From assembly GCA_963696385.1 (NCBI GenBank), contig CAVOKF010000004.1:1024001-1088000 (forward strand): a stretch of 64,000 bases of DNA, given 5' to 3'. A program made the position numbers and the translations under genes. Positions within the stretch are counted from its first letter, which is position 1. Every line of letters starts with the position of its first letter. The notes below the pieces were generated by a model that was given only the letters and a program-made list of their open reading frames with translations, did no database searches and had not been told where the DNA came from. This document shows, piece by piece, positions 19,770 to 32,647 of the stretch. This DNA comes from an uncultured delta proteobacterium. Its GTDB lineage: Bacteria; Myxococcota_A; Polyangia; Polyangiales; Polyangiaceae.

Positions 19770-20630
19770 TCAGGGCGTCGTCGCTATCGCGACCGTGCGA
19801 AGCTCCCCTTCGAGTGCGGGCTTGTGCGCGAAAATGGCCTCTACCACCGCAACCGCCAGTTCGCCATGGGAGGCTCCGGCGGTCGGAATCTGCTTCGCCT
19901 TCTCCGCCCGCGCAGGCGGTGCGAAGACGCTTTTGACAATGGTGGGCGAGCCGCGCAAGCCGCATTGGCCAAGATCAGCGATTCCGGCATCGACGGCACT
20001 CCACTTGACGACCTCGGCGCGCGCCGCGCGCAGGGCATCGCCAACCGTGCCTCGGCGGATTTCGTTCGTGCCCTCGAGCATCGTAATCAGGACCGGCAGG
20101 CGGCTCTGAAGCACCTGGGTGCCGCCTTCACCGCGACGCTGCACGCAGATGATGCCCGTCGAGCGGTCGAGGTCATCGATGCGCGAGACATAGGTGAGCT
20201 GGGTGAGCCCCAATCGCTTCGCGATCCCCGGCCCAACCTGCGCCGTGTCGCCGTCGATCGTCTGTTTGCCCGTGAACACAATCGACGGCGCTCCCCATGT
20301 CTCGGAGATCTTGCCGATGGCCGTCGCCAGAGCGTAGGTCGTCGCGAGCGTGTCCGAACCCGCGAACTGACGGTCGGTCAGAAGCACGGCACGGTCGGCG
20401 CCGAAGGTAAGCGCCTTGCGAAGCGCGTCCTCGGCCATCGCTGGACCCATGGTCAGGACGGTCACCTCTCCGCCAAGCCGGTCGCGGAGGACGAGGGCCT
20501 GCTCTAACGCAAAGAGATCGTAAGGGTTGATGATGGCCGGCACGCCCTGGCGCATGATGGTGTTGGTCACCGGATGCACGCGGATCTGAGCGCTGTCGGG
20601 GACTTGCTTCATGCACACGACGATTCGCAC
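19770..20630 (-). CDS. fixA: electron transfer flavoprotein beta FixA
   Basis: VVCMKQVPDSAQIRVHPVTNTIMRQGVP; GKQTIDGDTAQVGPG. Confidence 0.93.
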   Translation of the reverse strand: MRIVVCMKQVPDSAQIRVHPVTNTIMRQGVPAIINPYDLFALEQALVLRDRLGGEVTVLTMGPAMAEDALRKALTFGADRAVLLTDRQFAGSDTLATTYALATAIGKISETWGAPSIVFTGKQTIDGDTAQVGPGIAKRLGLTQLTYVSRIDDLDRSTGIICVQRRGEGGTQVLQSRLPVLITMLEGTNEIRRGTVGDALRAARAEVVKWSAVDAGIADLGQCGLRGSPTIVKSVFAPPARAEKAKQIPTAGASHGELAVAVVEAIFAHKPALEGELRTVAIATTP

Positions 20631-20632
20631 GG

Positions 20633-21943
20633 CTAGGCTCCCACCGCCGCGCGCACAGAGCGGGGGCCGATGACTTGCTTGTAGAACTCGAGGACCTCTG
20701 TGAGCCCGACGGGGTTCTTGGTAACGGCGGCTCTCGCACGAATCTGTTCGAGAACGAGAGCCACATCGCCCGGGGCGGCAACGACCCCCAACGAGCTCAG
20801 TGCGTGAGCGACCGCAGCGCGGCCCGAGTGCTTGCCGAGGACGATTCGGCGTGTTCGACCGAAGCGCTCGGGCCGCAGTGCCTCGTAGGACTGGGGGTCG
20901 CGCAGCAGGCCTGCGACATGAATGCCCGATTCGTGCGTGAAGGCGGCTGCCCCCACGATGGATTTGCCCTCCGGGATGGGGCGCCGTGCCGTCCGAGCGA
21001 CGAGCTCCGCCAACGCGGGCAGCTGATCGGTGCGAACGCGGGTCGTGCGGCCTGCGATTTCGTCGAGGGCCACAACGACCTCTTCGAGCGCGGCGTTGCC
21101 GGCCCGCTCGCCCAGCCCCAAGACACAAACGCTCACGTGGGTTGCGCCGCCCTGTACCGCGGCGAGCGTATTGGCGGTGGCCAAGCCCAGGTCGTCATGG
21201 CCGTGAAACTCAAGCTCCATGTCCGTCTCGCGGCAGAGACGGCGGAAAATGGAATACGCCTGGAACGGGTCGAGCACGCCGAGCGTGTCGGCGAAGCGAA
21301 ACCGGTGCGCCCCCGCGTCTTCCGCCGCCAGGACCACATCGCAGACGAAGTCGGAAGCGGCGCGGCTCGCGTCCTCGCCGCCCACCGAGACTTCGAAGCC
21401 GTGGTCGCGCGCGTAGCGGACCACGCGTCGAATTCGCGCGAGAACGTCGGCGTGCCTCTCTCCGAGCTTGGCCGCGATTTGGCGCTCGGAGACCGGCACC
21501 GATAGATGCACCCGGCGGAGGCCGGTATGCGTAGCCGCCTTGACGTCCGCCTCGGTCATACGGCACCACGCAATGGCCTGGGACCGATGGAGCGCCGTGC
21601 CAACCGCGGCGACGGCCTCGATTTCGGCGCGTCCCATGGCCGGAATCCCCGCTTCGATTTCTTCGACGCCGGCTTGCTCGAGGGCTCGCGCAATCGCCAC
21701 TTTCTCTTCGAGGTCGAACACGACTCCAGGCGCCTGCTCGCCATCACGTAGCGTGCTGTCGTTGACGACGACGAGCGGCGGCGCCATGCGCGAGACAAAC
21801 GATTGCACCCGATCGAGCGTGGCGGAGACGGCACTCGAGGATGCGCTCGTCGTTGGCTTGTCGGTGCGGCTTGCCCTTGTGCTGTCGGTCCGCGCGGCCT
21901 TGTCCTGCCGCTGGGTGGTCGGACGGTTCTTGCCGTGAATCAT
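20633..21943 (-). CDS. nifV: homocitrate synthase
   Basis: DSTLRDGEQAPG, HGHDDLG, THESGIH, LGKHSG; start uncertain. Confidence 0.92.
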   Translation of the reverse strand: MIHGKNRPTTQRQDKAARTDSTRASRTDKPTTSASSSAVSATLDRVQSFVSRMAPPLVVVNDSTLRDGEQAPGVVFDLEEKVAIARALEQAGVEEIEAGIPAMGRAEIEAVAAVGTALHRSQAIAWCRMTEADVKAATHTGLRRVHLSVPVSERQIAAKLGERHADVLARIRRVVRYARDHGFEVSVGGEDASRAASDFVCDVVLAAEDAGAHRFRFADTLGVLDPFQAYSIFRRLCRETDMELEFHGHDDLGLATANTLAAVQGGATHVSVCVLGLGERAGNAALEEVVVALDEIAGRTTRVRTDQLPALAELVARTARRPIPEGKSIVGAAAFTHESGIHVAGLLRDPQSYEALRPERFGRTRRIVLGKHSGRAAVAHALSSLGVVAAPGDVALVLEQIRARAAVTKNPVGLTEVLEFYKQVIGPRSVRAAVGA

Positions 21944-21978
21944 GGCGGTCGTTTCCTGTTCGGTATCGCCCCGGGTAA

Positions 21979-23286
<1,308 letters not shown>

Positions 23287-23388
23287 ACTCCGCTGCACCG
23301 CCGTCGGTCGGGGTCCTCCGGCCTCGGCCGGCGGCGCGCGCATTCGCTCCCTGTCTGATTCCCGTCTGAACGAAAAGAGAAACGTGCC

Positions 23389-24900
23389 ATGGGCCTCGAA
23401 TACTCGAACGATATCGAATTGCACAAGCGCCTCATCGCTCAGGTCCTCGAGGCGTATCCGGACAAGCTGAAGAAGAAACGCCAGAAGCACCTCGGCGTCG
23501 CCGCACCGGGAGCCCCCGCGGTCGGCTCGGAGCCAGAAGCCGATGAAGCGCATGCGGGGGGAACCGAGTGCGACGTCAAGTCCAACATCAAGTCCGTACC
23601 CGGTGTGATGACGATTCGTGGCTGCGCGTACGCCGGCTCCAAGGGCGTCGTTTGGGGCCCCGTCAAAGACATGGTGCACATCAGCCACGGGCCGGTCGGC
23701 TGCGGGCAATACTCGTGGTCGCAGCGGCGCAATTACTACATCGGCACGACGGGCATAGACACGTTCGTCACCATGCAATTTACGTCCGACTTTCAGGAGA
23801 AAGACATCGTCTTCGGTGGCGACAAAAAGCTCGAGAAGATCATCGACGAGATCAACGTTCTCTTCCCGCTCAACAAAGGGATCACGATCCAATCGGAGTG
23901 CCCTATCGGCCTCATCGGCGACGACATCGAAGCGGTCTCCAAGAAGAAGAACAAGGAAACGGGCAAGACCATCGTTCCGGTTCGCTGCGAAGGGTTCCGC
24001 GGAGTCTCCCAGTCGCTCGGGCACCACATCGCCAACGACTCGATTCGCGATTGGGTCTTCGACAAGCGGCCCGTGGAGCACGAGTCGACGCCGTACGACG
24101 TCAACGTTATCGGCGACTACAATATCGGTGGCGACGCGTGGTCGTCGCGCATTTTGCTCGAGGAAATGGGGCTGCGCGTAGTGGGCAACTGGTCCGGAGA
24201 CGCGACGCTCAGCGAGATCGAGCGGGCGCCCAAGTCCAAGCTCAATCTTATCCACTGCTACCGGTCGATGAACTACATCTGCAGGCACATGGAAGAGAAG
24301 TACGGCATGCCCTGGATCGAGTACAACTTCTTCGGCCCTTCGCAGATTTCCGACTCGATCCGCCGTATCGCCAATCTCTTCGACGACAAGATCAAAGAAG
24401 GTGCCGAGCGGGTGATTGCGAAGTATCAGCCTCTGGTCGACAAGATCATCGCGCGGTACCGCCCGCGCCTCGAGGGCAAGCGGGTGATGCTCTACGTCGG
24501 CGGCCTCCGGCCGAGGCACGTCATCACCGCGTACGAAGACCTGGGTATGCAGATCATCGGCACCGGCTACGAGTTCGGGCACAACGACGACTACCAGCGT
24601 ACAGGCCATTACGCCAAAGAGGGCACGCTCATTTACGACGACGTCACAGCCTTCGAGCTCGAGAAGTTCATCGAGACGCTGCGGCCCGACCTCGTGGGCT
24701 CGGGAATCAAAGAGAAGTACCCCGTACAGAAGATGGGCATTCCGTTTCGGCAGATGCATTCATGGGACTACTCGGGTCCGTACCACGGATACGATGGCTT
24801 CGCGATCTTCGCGCGCGACATGGACCTTGCCATCAATAACCCCGTCTGGAACTACTTCAAGGCGCCGTGGAAGGCCAAGGTCGCCGCGGCCGCCGAGTGA
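23389..24900 (+). CDS. nifD: nitrogenase MoFe protein alpha chain
   Basis: RGCAYAG, HGPVGCG, HCYRS (Cys ligand), MHSWDY (His ligand), GYEF. Confidence 0.99.
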   Translation: MGLEYSNDIELHKRLIAQVLEAYPDKLKKKRQKHLGVAAPGAPAVGSEPEADEAHAGGTECDVKSNIKSVPGVMTIRGCAYAGSKGVVWGPVKDMVHISHGPVGCGQYSWSQRRNYYIGTTGIDTFVTMQFTSDFQEKDIVFGGDKKLEKIIDEINVLFPLNKGITIQSECPIGLIGDDIEAVSKKKNKETGKTIVPVRCEGFRGVSQSLGHHIANDSIRDWVFDKRPVEHESTPYDVNVIGDYNIGGDAWSSRILLEEMGLRVVGNWSGDATLSEIERAPKSKLNLIHCYRSMNYICRHMEEKYGMPWIEYNFFGPSQISDSIRRIANLFDDKIKEGAERVIAKYQPLVDKIIARYRPRLEGKRVMLYVGGLRPRHVITAYEDLGMQIIGTGYEFGHNDDYQRTGHYAKEGTLIYDDVTAFELEKFIETLRPDLVGSGIKEKYPVQKMGIPFRQMHSWDYSGPYHGYDGFAIFARDMDLAINNPVWNYFKAPWKAKVAAAAE

Positions 24901-25109
24901 GTGCACTCGACTGACTTGTCTTCGCTTCGCAAGCGGGCCCCGCGGAAGCGGGGCGCCGGGGCCTCGTGAGCGCGCACAGTGGCTTGCCCGCGCGGCATGG
25001 CTCGCGCCGCCGCCACCCGTATCCCTCTGAAATCGATTGGACGACTCACGTGTAAGAAGGCGGTCGCGAAGGGCGACGCCCCGTTTCCAGGAAAGCCGAG
25101 GATTTGGTC

Positions 25110-26645
25110 ATGCCGCAATCAGCCGATGACGTGCTCGATCACGCGCCGCTCTTCCGAGAGCCGGAGTATCGCGAGATGCTCGCCCGAAAAGGGGCAACCG
25201 AAGGGATGCCGCCCAAGGACCAGGTGAAGGAGATCGCCGACTGGACCAAGTCGTGGGAGTACCGCGAAAAAAACCTGGCGCGCGAGTCGCTGACGGTCAA
25301 CCCGGCCAAAGCGTGTCAACCCCTTGGTGCGGTTTTTTGCTCCGCGGGTTTCGAGAAGACGATGAGCTTCGTGCACGGGTCGCAAGGCTGCGTCGCCTAC
25401 TACCGGTCGCATCTGGCGCGCCACTTCAAGGAGCCCTCGTCGGCCGTCTCGTCGTCGATGACCGAGGACGCGGCCGTCTTCGGTGGATTGAACAACATGG
25501 TCGATGGATTGGCCAATACGTTCAAGCTCTACGAACCGAAAATGATCGCGGTGTCGACGACGTGCATGGCAGAGGTCATCGGGGACGACTTGAACGCCTT
25601 CATCAACACGTCGAAGCAAAAGGGGTCGGTTCCCCAGGACTTCGACGTTCCCTTCGCGCACACTCCAGCGTTCGTCGGCAGCCACGTCACGGGCTACGAC
25701 AACATGCTCAAAGGAATTCTCGACAACTTCTGGAAGGGCAAGGAGCGGACCCCGGAGGAGAGAATCAACATCATCCCAGGCTTCGACGGCTTTGCCGTCG
25801 GCAACGTCCGCGAGATGAAACGCGTTCTCGACTTGATGGGTGTCCAGTACACCGTTCTGTCGGATGTCTCCGACCAGTACGACACGCCCTCGGACGGCGA
25901 GTACCGGATGTTCGCGGGCGGCACGACCCTTGACGACACCAAGGCCGCGTTGCATGCGACGGCCACACTGTCGATGCAAGAATATTGCACGAGCAAGACG
26001 TTGGAGTACGCGGCCAGTCACGGACAAGCGGTCAGCGCGCTCCACTACCCTATGGGCGTGGGGGGGACCGACGAGTTCTTGATGAAAGTCTCGGAGTTGA
26101 CGGGCAAGGCCATTCCGCCGGCGCTCGAGCTCGAGCGGGGGCGCCTGCTCGACGCCATGGCCGACAGCCAGGGGTGGCTTCACGGTAAGACGTATGGAAT
26201 CTACGGCGATCCCGACTTCGTCTACGGCATGGCGCGCTTCATCCTGGAGACGGGCGGCGAGCCCGTGCACTGTCTATCCACCAACGGGAGCAAGGCCTGG
26301 GCGGAGCAAATGCAAGCCCTCTTCGACTCGTCACCTTTCGGAAATTCGTGCAAGGCCTGGCCGGGCAAAGATCTCTGGCACATGCGGTCGCTGCTTGCGA
26401 CGGAGCGGGTCAACCTGCTCATCGGCAATAGCTACGGCAAATACCTCGAGCGCGACGTCGGCACGCCGCTCATCCGCCTCATGTTCCCCATCTTCGACCG
26501 CCATCACCATCATCGTTTTCCGGTCTGGGGGTATCAGGGCGCGCTCCGCGTCCTGGTCATGCTTCTCGACAAGATCTTCGACAAGCTCGACGACGACACG
26601 ATCGTCCCGGCCGAGACCGACTATTCGTACGACCTGACGCGTTGA
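25110..26645 (+). CDS. nifK: nitrogenase MoFe protein beta chain
   Basis: [35 protein letters not shown] end. Confidence 0.99.
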   Translation: MPQSADDVLDHAPLFREPEYREMLARKGATEGMPPKDQVKEIADWTKSWEYREKNLARESLTVNPAKACQPLGAVFCSAGFEKTMSFVHGSQGCVAYYRSHLARHFKEPSSAVSSSMTEDAAVFGGLNNMVDGLANTFKLYEPKMIAVSTTCMAEVIGDDLNAFINTSKQKGSVPQDFDVPFAHTPAFVGSHVTGYDNMLKGILDNFWKGKERTPEERINIIPGFDGFAVGNVREMKRVLDLMGVQYTVLSDVSDQYDTPSDGEYRMFAGGTTLDDTKAALHATATLSMQEYCTSKTLEYAASHGQAVSALHYPMGVGGTDEFLMKVSELTGKAIPPALELERGRLLDAMADSQGWLHGKTYGIYGDPDFVYGMARFILETGGEPVHCLSTNGSKAWAEQMQALFDSSPFGNSCKAWPGKDLWHMRSLLATERVNLLIGNSYGKYLERDVGTPLIRLMFPIFDRHHHHRFPVWGYQGALRVLVMLLDKIFDKLDDDTIVPAETDYSYDLTR

Positions 26646-26728
26646 CGCGGCCCTCCGGTGCCGTCTGATCGACGGGCGCCCGTGGATTGCCCTGGTCTGC
26701 TGCCGTTTTGCCCTTTGAGGAGGACCCT

Positions 26729-28199
26729 GTGAGCGATGCACTGAAGGTCAAGATCGCCGATGTCTTCAATGAGCCCGGTTGCGAAAAGAACAAGGACAAA
26801 GGGGCGAAAGAGAAGAAGAAGGGGTGCTCCAAAGCGCTCACTCCCGGCGCCGCCGCAGGGGGTTGCGCATTCGACGGGGCAAAGATCGCGCTTCAGCCGA
26901 TTACCGACGTCGTGCATCTGGTGCACGGGCCTCTGGCCTGCGAAGGCAACGGATGGGACAATCGCCACGCCGCGAGCTCGGGGCCAACGACCTACAGGCA
27001 GGGGTTCACGACGGACATTTCCGAGATGGACATCGTGATGGGCAATGGCGAAAAGCGCCTTTACCGCGCGATCAAGGAAATCGTCAGCAAAGTACGCGCC
27101 GCCGGCCATTTTCGTCTATTCGACCTGCGTCACCGCGCTCATCGGAGACGACCTCGATGCCGTGTGCAAGCACGCGACCGAGAAATATGGAACGCCCGTC
27201 GTACCGGTGAACGCGCCGGGGTTCGTCGGATCGAAGAACCTCGGAAATAAACTCGGAGGCGAGGCCCTGCTCGACCACGTCATCGGAACGATCGAGCCCG
27301 ACGACGTGACGCCGCTCGATATCAATATTCTGGGCGAATACAACCTGTCGGGCGAGCTTTGGCAGGTCCTGCCGCTGTTCGAAAAGCTCGGGATCCGGGT
27401 ACGCGCGTGCATCACCGGCGATGCCCGCTACAAGGACGTAGCGTCGTCCCACCGCGCAAACGTCAATATGATGGTGTGCTCGACGGCGCTCATCAATCTG
27501 GCCCGCAAGATGGAGGAGCGGTACGGGATTCCGTACTTCGAGGGGTCGTTCTACGGGATCGAAGACACGTCGACGGCGCTCCGCACCACGGCGCGGATGC
27601 TGGTCGAACGCGGAGCGCCCCCGGACCTTCTGGCACGTACCGAAGCGCTCGTCGCGGCCGAGGAGGCGCGGGCCTGGGCCCGCATCGGCTCGTTCAAGGA
27701 ACGACTTCAGGGAAAGCGCGTGCTGCTCTACACGGGAGGCGTCAAATCTTGGTCGGTCGTGTCCGCTCTGCAGGAGATGGGCATGATCGTCGTGGGAACG
27801 TCGGTCCGCAAGTCGACCAAGGAGGACAAGGAGCGCATCAAAGAGATCATGAAAGGCGACCCGCACTTGGTCGAATCGATCCCACCGCGCGAGATGTACG
27901 CCCAGTTGAAGAGGGGCGATGCCGACATTTTGCTCTCGGGCGGACGCACGCAATTCGTGGCGCTCAAGGCCAAGATGCCCTGGCTCGATATCAACCAAGA
28001 ACGGCACCACGCGTATGGGGGATACGACGGGATGGTGGAGCTCGTCCGACAGCTCGACCTCGAGATCAATAGTCCGATCTGGGACGACGTGCGCCGGCCG
28101 GCGCCATGGGACTGCCCGGCCCCGAACGCGAGGCGAGACTCACAGGAGGGTGCGAAGGCGGACCGTGCGATGTCCCTCGCATCCACCGCTCGGAGCTAG
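26729..28199 (+). pseudogene. nifE: FeMo-co scaffold NifE, split by a +1 frameshift at 27089-27091
   Basis: GGCAFDGAK...IKEIVS in one frame and KYAPPAIFVYSTC... in the next; deleting one A from 'agcaaagtac' restores the reading frame. Confidence 0.9.
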
Positions 28200-28203
28200 C
28201 GCC

Positions 28204-29604
28204 ATGGGCCGTGTGACACCGTCGAAGAAAGCGTGCGCGGTCAATCCGCTCAAGTCGTCGACGCCGCTCGGGGCGGCGCTGGCGTACCTGGGTGTCGAAG
28301 GGGCCGTCCCGCTCTTTCACGGGTCGCAAGGTTGCACATCGTTCGCCCTGGTGCTGTCGGTTCGCCATTTCAAAGAAGCCATTCCGCTTCAGACGACGGC
28401 GATGGACGAGGCGGCGACCGTCCTCGGCGGCGCCGACAACCTCGAAGAGGCCATCATGGTCCTCAAGACCCGAATGAAACCATTGTTTATCGGGGTGGCA
28501 TCGACCGCCCTGGTGGAGACCCAAGGAGAAGACTTCGTAGGCGAATTGGCGTCCATCCTCGAGCGCCGGGGGCCCGAGCTCGAAGGCACGCAAGTCGTCT
28601 TCGCCTCGACCCCGGACTTCAAAGGGGCGCTCGAGGACGGATGGGCCAAAGCCACGACGGCGATTATCGAGGCGCTCGTCGCCGCCACCCCCTCGACGGG
28701 GCCCGCGGCCGCCTTGCCGAAGGTCAACGTCCTGCCCGGGGTGCACCAAACGCCCGCCGACATCGAGGAGCTCGCCGACGTGATTCGGAGCTTCGGGCTC
28801 GCCCCCATGTTTCTGCCCGACGTCTCCGGGTCGCTCGATGGCCACGTGCCCGACGCCTACGTCGGCACGAGCATGGGGGGAGCCCGCCTGGCAGAGATCG
28901 CGCGCATGGGCGAGGCGGTCCACACGATCGCCATCGGCGAGCACATGCGAGCGCCCGCCGAGGCGCTCGCCAAACGCACGGGCGGGACGGCCACGGTCCT
29001 CTCGACACTCACGGGATTGGAACCGTCGGACCGTCTGGTGGCGCTTCTGCAGGAGGTGTCGGGTCGGCCAGCCGGCGCGCGCTTGCGGCGGCAGCGCAGC
29101 CAGCTGATCGACGCGATGCTCGACAGCCACTTTCACTTCGGGGGCAAGCGCGTCGCCATTGCGGCAGACCCCGACCTTCTCTACACGCTCGTCAACCTGT
29201 TCGTGGCCATGGGCTCGGACGTCTGCGTGGCCATCGCGTCGACCGACGCCTCCCCGCTCCTGGAGCACCTGAAGTGCAACGTGGTGGTCGGCGATTTGGC
29301 CGACCTCGAGGAAGCTGCGGGGTGCGCGAAGGTCGACCTGCTCGTCGCCCACAGCCATGGCCGGCAAGCTGCCCACCGCCTCGGAATCCCGCTCTTTCGC
29401 GTGGGCTTTCCGGTCTTCGATCGGCTCGGCGTTCAGCATCGTTGCAGCGTGGGATACAGCGGAACGCGCCAGCTCATCACCGAACTCGCCAACATTCTCA
29501 TGGCCCAGATGCACGAGCACGCGCCGGCGGACTTCGCCGACGCCGTGCCACCCGATCCCATCGTGGAGGATACCCGGTATGGCCATGCGATTGCACAGCC
29601 TTGA
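28204..29604 (+). CDS. nifN: FeMo-co scaffold NifN
   Basis: NPLKSSTPLG, HGSQGCTSF, RVGFPVFDRLG. Confidence 0.96.
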   Translation: MGRVTPSKKACAVNPLKSSTPLGAALAYLGVEGAVPLFHGSQGCTSFALVLSVRHFKEAIPLQTTAMDEAATVLGGADNLEEAIMVLKTRMKPLFIGVASTALVETQGEDFVGELASILERRGPELEGTQVVFASTPDFKGALEDGWAKATTAIIEALVAATPSTGPAAALPKVNVLPGVHQTPADIEELADVIRSFGLAPMFLPDVSGSLDGHVPDAYVGTSMGGARLAEIARMGEAVHTIAIGEHMRAPAEALAKRTGGTATVLSTLTGLEPSDRLVALLQEVSGRPAGARLRRQRSQLIDAMLDSHFHFGGKRVAIAADPDLLYTLVNLFVAMGSDVCVAIASTDASPLLEHLKCNVVVGDLADLEEAAGCAKVDLLVAHSHGRQAAHRLGIPLFRVGFPVFDRLGVQHRCSVGYSGTRQLITELANILMAQMHEHAPADFADAVPPDPIVEDTRYGHAIAQP

Positions 29605-30067
29605 AGTCACCGAGAATGGTTGCGACGAGGAACCGGGGCCGAGACTCCGTATCGCCATTGCAAGCCGTGATGGGCAAGCGCTCAACGCGCACTTCGGATC
29701 GGCCGAGAAGTTCATGGTTTACGACGTGAGCCCCCGGAGCCACGCATTCGTCAAGACGATCGAGATGAGCCAGGTGTCGGACGAATCGGGCGATCACAAG
29801 GCCGAGAGCGAGGACAAAAACGAGCGTAAAATCGCGTCGCTTGCCGGGTGCAACATCGTGTTCGTCCTCGCCATCGGGGGTCCGGTCGCGGCCAAAGTCA
29901 TTGCGGCCAAGATTCATCCCATCAAGATTGCCGAGCCCGAATCCATCGATTCGGTGATTTCGAACGTTCAGAAACTCATCAAGGCGGATCCGCCGCCGTG
30001 GCTTCGCAAAGTGCTCGCGACGAACCCGTCGCGGTCGATGACATTCTTGGACGACGACGACGGATGA
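29579..30067 (+). CDS. nifX: NifX, copy 1
   Basis: IAIASRDGQALNAHFG; AIGGPVAAKV; PPPWLRK. Confidence 0.92.
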   Translation: MAMRLHSLEVTENGCDEEPGPRLRIAIASRDGQALNAHFGSAEKFMVYDVSPRSHAFVKTIEMSQVSDESGDHKAESEDKNERKIASLAGCNIVFVLAIGGPVAAKVIAAKIHPIKIAEPESIDSVISNVQKLIKADPPPWLRKVLATNPSRSMTFLDDDDG

Positions 30068-30166
30068 CGGTTCAAGGATGGCGCGTTTGTGGGATACCGC
30101 ACGTTCTCTTTGTTGCACTCATGACACCGCACTGCGCGAAATGCGTCGGAGCGCAGGTTTTTCGCT

Positions 30167-30182
30167 TGGCGCGAGGATTGCT
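30167..30182 (+). promoter_or_regulatory. sigma54 promoter for the nifB operon
   Basis: TGGCGC-gagga-TTGCT; UAS at 30111-30126. Confidence 0.78.
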
Positions 30183-30235
30183 CGTCTCTCGTGGCATCGT
30201 TTTTCCTGGACCCTCACCCTAAGGCGTAAACCCAC

Positions 30236-31840
30236 ATGGCTCAGCTCATTTCGCTTGATAGCCTCAAAGGCCCTGTGTCCAGCGTCGGCATGCAGCAGGC
30301 GGTCGCCAAGACGGCTTCGCCGATGGTGTCGCTCGACGCGTTGACCGGTCCCGTCACCTCCGAGGACATGCGCAAGGCCCTTTCGTCCAAGTCGGGGTGC
30401 GAGTCCACGTCGAGTTGCGGCACCTCGGACACCAAAGACGACATGGCGGCGGAGATCTGGGAGAAGGTCAAAGACCATCCTTGCTACTCGGAAGAAGCGC
30501 ACCACTACTTCGCACGCATGCACGTGGCGGTGGCGCCAGCGTGCAACATCCAGTGCAACTACTGCAATCGCAAGTACGACTGTTCCAACGAGAGCCGCCC
30601 AGGCGTCGTTTCGGAGAAGCTCACGCCGGAGCAAGCCATGCGCAAAGTGATCGCCGTCGCGAGCGAGGTGCCGCAGCTCTCGGTCCTCGGGATCGCAGGC
30701 CCCGGCGACGCTTGCTACGACTTCAAGAAGACCAAGGCCACCTTCGAGGGCATCGTCAAGCACATTCCCGACATCAAGCTCTGCATCTCGACCAACGGCC
30801 TCGCGCTGCCCGATCACGTGGACGAAATCGCGAAGATGAACATCGACCACGTGACGCTCACGATCAACATGGTCGACCCGGAGATCGGAACGAAGATCTA
30901 CCCGTGGATCTATTACAAGAACAAGCGCTGGACCGGCCTCGAGGCGTCCAAGATCCTTCACGAACGCCAAATGCAGGGGCTCGAGATGCTCACGGAGCGG
31001 AAGATCCTTTGCAAGGTCAACTCCGTCATGATTCCCGGAGTCAATGACGAGCACCTCGTCGAGGTCAACCAGGTCGTCAAAAAGAAAGGGGCTTTTTTGC
31101 ACAACATCATGCCGCTCATCTCCGCCCCGGAGCACGGCACCGTCTACGGCCTCAACGGACAGCGCGGACCGCGGGCCATGGAGCTCAAGGCCCTGCAAGA
31201 CAAGCTTTCGCACGGCACGAAGCTCATGCGCCACTGCCGTCAGTGCCGGGCCGACGCGGTGGGACTCCTCGGCGAAGATCGCGGGCAAGAGTTCACGATG
31301 GACCAAGTGCCCGACGAGGTGTCGTACGACCCGACCAAGCGCGAGAAATACCGCGAGCTCGTCGCCCAAGAGCGCGGCGAGCACGTGGCCACGCGAGAAG
31401 CAGCCAGCGAGCAGCTCGCCGGTCTGGCCCTGGGAGCCTCGGTCCTCGTGGCGATCGCCACGAAGGGCAACGGCCGGATCAATCAGCACTTCGGACACGC
31501 CAAGGAGTTTCAGGTCTACGAAGTGTCGCGCAAGGGCGTGGAATTCATCGGCCATCGCAAAGTCGACGAGTACTGCAAGGGCGGATGGGGCGAGGACGCG
31601 TCGCTGGACGGCGTGATTGCGGCCTTGGAGGGCGTCACGGTCGTCCTCTGCGCAAAGATCGGGGAGTGCCCCAAAGACAGCCTGACCCAGGCCGGCATTC
31701 AGGCGACCGACAAGTACGCGCACGACTGGATCGAGGGCGGCATCGTGGCGTGGTACGAGGCCACCTACGGATCCGCGCCCGCGCGGGCGTCCACACCGCC
31801 GACTGCAACGTCGGCTCCTACCGTGGCCCATGTCGCGTAA
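30236..31840 (+). CDS. nifB: radical SAM FeMo-co biosynthesis protein NifB with C-terminal NifX-like domain
   Basis: HPCY, CNIQCNYC, NESRPG, AGPGD, CRQCRADA, HFGHA. Confidence 0.98.
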   Translation: MAQLISLDSLKGPVSSVGMQQAVAKTASPMVSLDALTGPVTSEDMRKALSSKSGCESTSSCGTSDTKDDMAAEIWEKVKDHPCYSEEAHHYFARMHVAVAPACNIQCNYCNRKYDCSNESRPGVVSEKLTPEQAMRKVIAVASEVPQLSVLGIAGPGDACYDFKKTKATFEGIVKHIPDIKLCISTNGLALPDHVDEIAKMNIDHVTLTINMVDPEIGTKIYPWIYYKNKRWTGLEASKILHERQMQGLEMLTERKILCKVNSVMIPGVNDEHLVEVNQVVKKKGAFLHNIMPLISAPEHGTVYGLNGQRGPRAMELKALQDKLSHGTKLMRHCRQCRADAVGLLGEDRGQEFTMDQVPDEVSYDPTKREKYRELVAQERGEHVATREAASEQLAGLALGASVLVAIATKGNGRINQHFGHAKEFQVYEVSRKGVEFIGHRKVDEYCKGGWGEDASLDGVIAALEGVTVVLCAKIGECPKDSLTQAGIQATDKYAHDWIEGGIVAWYEATYGSAPARASTPPTATSAPTVAHVA

Positions 31841-32645
31841 CGAGGCCAGGGATAGGTCGAAGCCTTCCGAGTCGCGGCGCGACGAAGCCGACGACATTGG
31901 CGAAAAGGTCGATTGGCTCGGCCAGCCCGTCCGTTGCTCGGATTGCCCTCACCACGGGCTTCGCGACGTGGGGGGCTGCCAGGAGGGCCGCGCGTGCGTG
32001 CGCGATCGATGCGCGCGCCGCGTGGACCGCTTTTTCGCGAGTCAGCCCGAGCTGGCCGACGAGTACCTCGACCACCCGTACTTCGAGGTCCGCACGGTCG
32101 CTGCGAAGTACGCGAGCGTCTTCCGGCTGCCGGTCCTGCTCCACGACGCCGAGCCGGAGGTCCGGGCCATCGCCGTGTTGCGCCTTCCGGAGCGACAGGC
32201 GGCGCAGCTACGCCGCGAGCCGGACCGCCGCGTGCGCCTGGCCGTGGCGAGCCGCATAGCGGGCGCTCTGCTGCTCGAGATGCTTTCCGACGAGGACTAC
32301 GCGGTGCGGGCCATGGTCGTTCGGCGGCTGCCGGCGGCCAGCCTCATTCTCGCCGTGGACGACCCGGAGCCTGAAGTGCGACGGTGGGTCGCGCGTCGTA
32401 TCCCCGAGGAGCAGCTCGGGTACCTCGCGACCGACACGGAGCCGCTCGTGCGTCTCGAGGTCGCGCGTCGGCTTGCCCCCGAGCTTCTCCAGGGGCTCGC
32501 GAAGGACGAGGATTTGCGCGTCCGCTTCACGGTCGCGGAGCGGATCGAGGCCAAGCATCTGTCGCTCTTGGCTTTCGACCGGGACGAAGCCGTTCGCCAG
32601 GCGGTGCATCGGCGACTCTGCGAAGGCCAATCGGAGGAACAATAG
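31830..32645 (+). CDS. 4Fe4S-binding LRV repeat protein, copy 2
   Basis: DWLGQPVRCSDCPH...RRVDRFF; HPYFEVR. Confidence 0.87.
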   Translation: MSRNEARDRSKPSESRRDEADDIGEKVDWLGQPVRCSDCPHHGLRDVGGCQEGRACVRDRCARRVDRFFASQPELADEYLDHPYFEVRTVAAKYASVFRLPVLLHDAEPEVRAIAVLRLPERQAAQLRREPDRRVRLAVASRIAGALLLEMLSDEDYAVRAMVVRRLPAASLILAVDDPEPEVRRWVARRIPEEQLGYLATDTEPLVRLEVARRLAPELLQGLAKDEDLRVRFTVAERIEAKHLSLLAFDRDEAVRQAVHRRLCEGQSEEQ

Positions 32646-32647
32646 TC

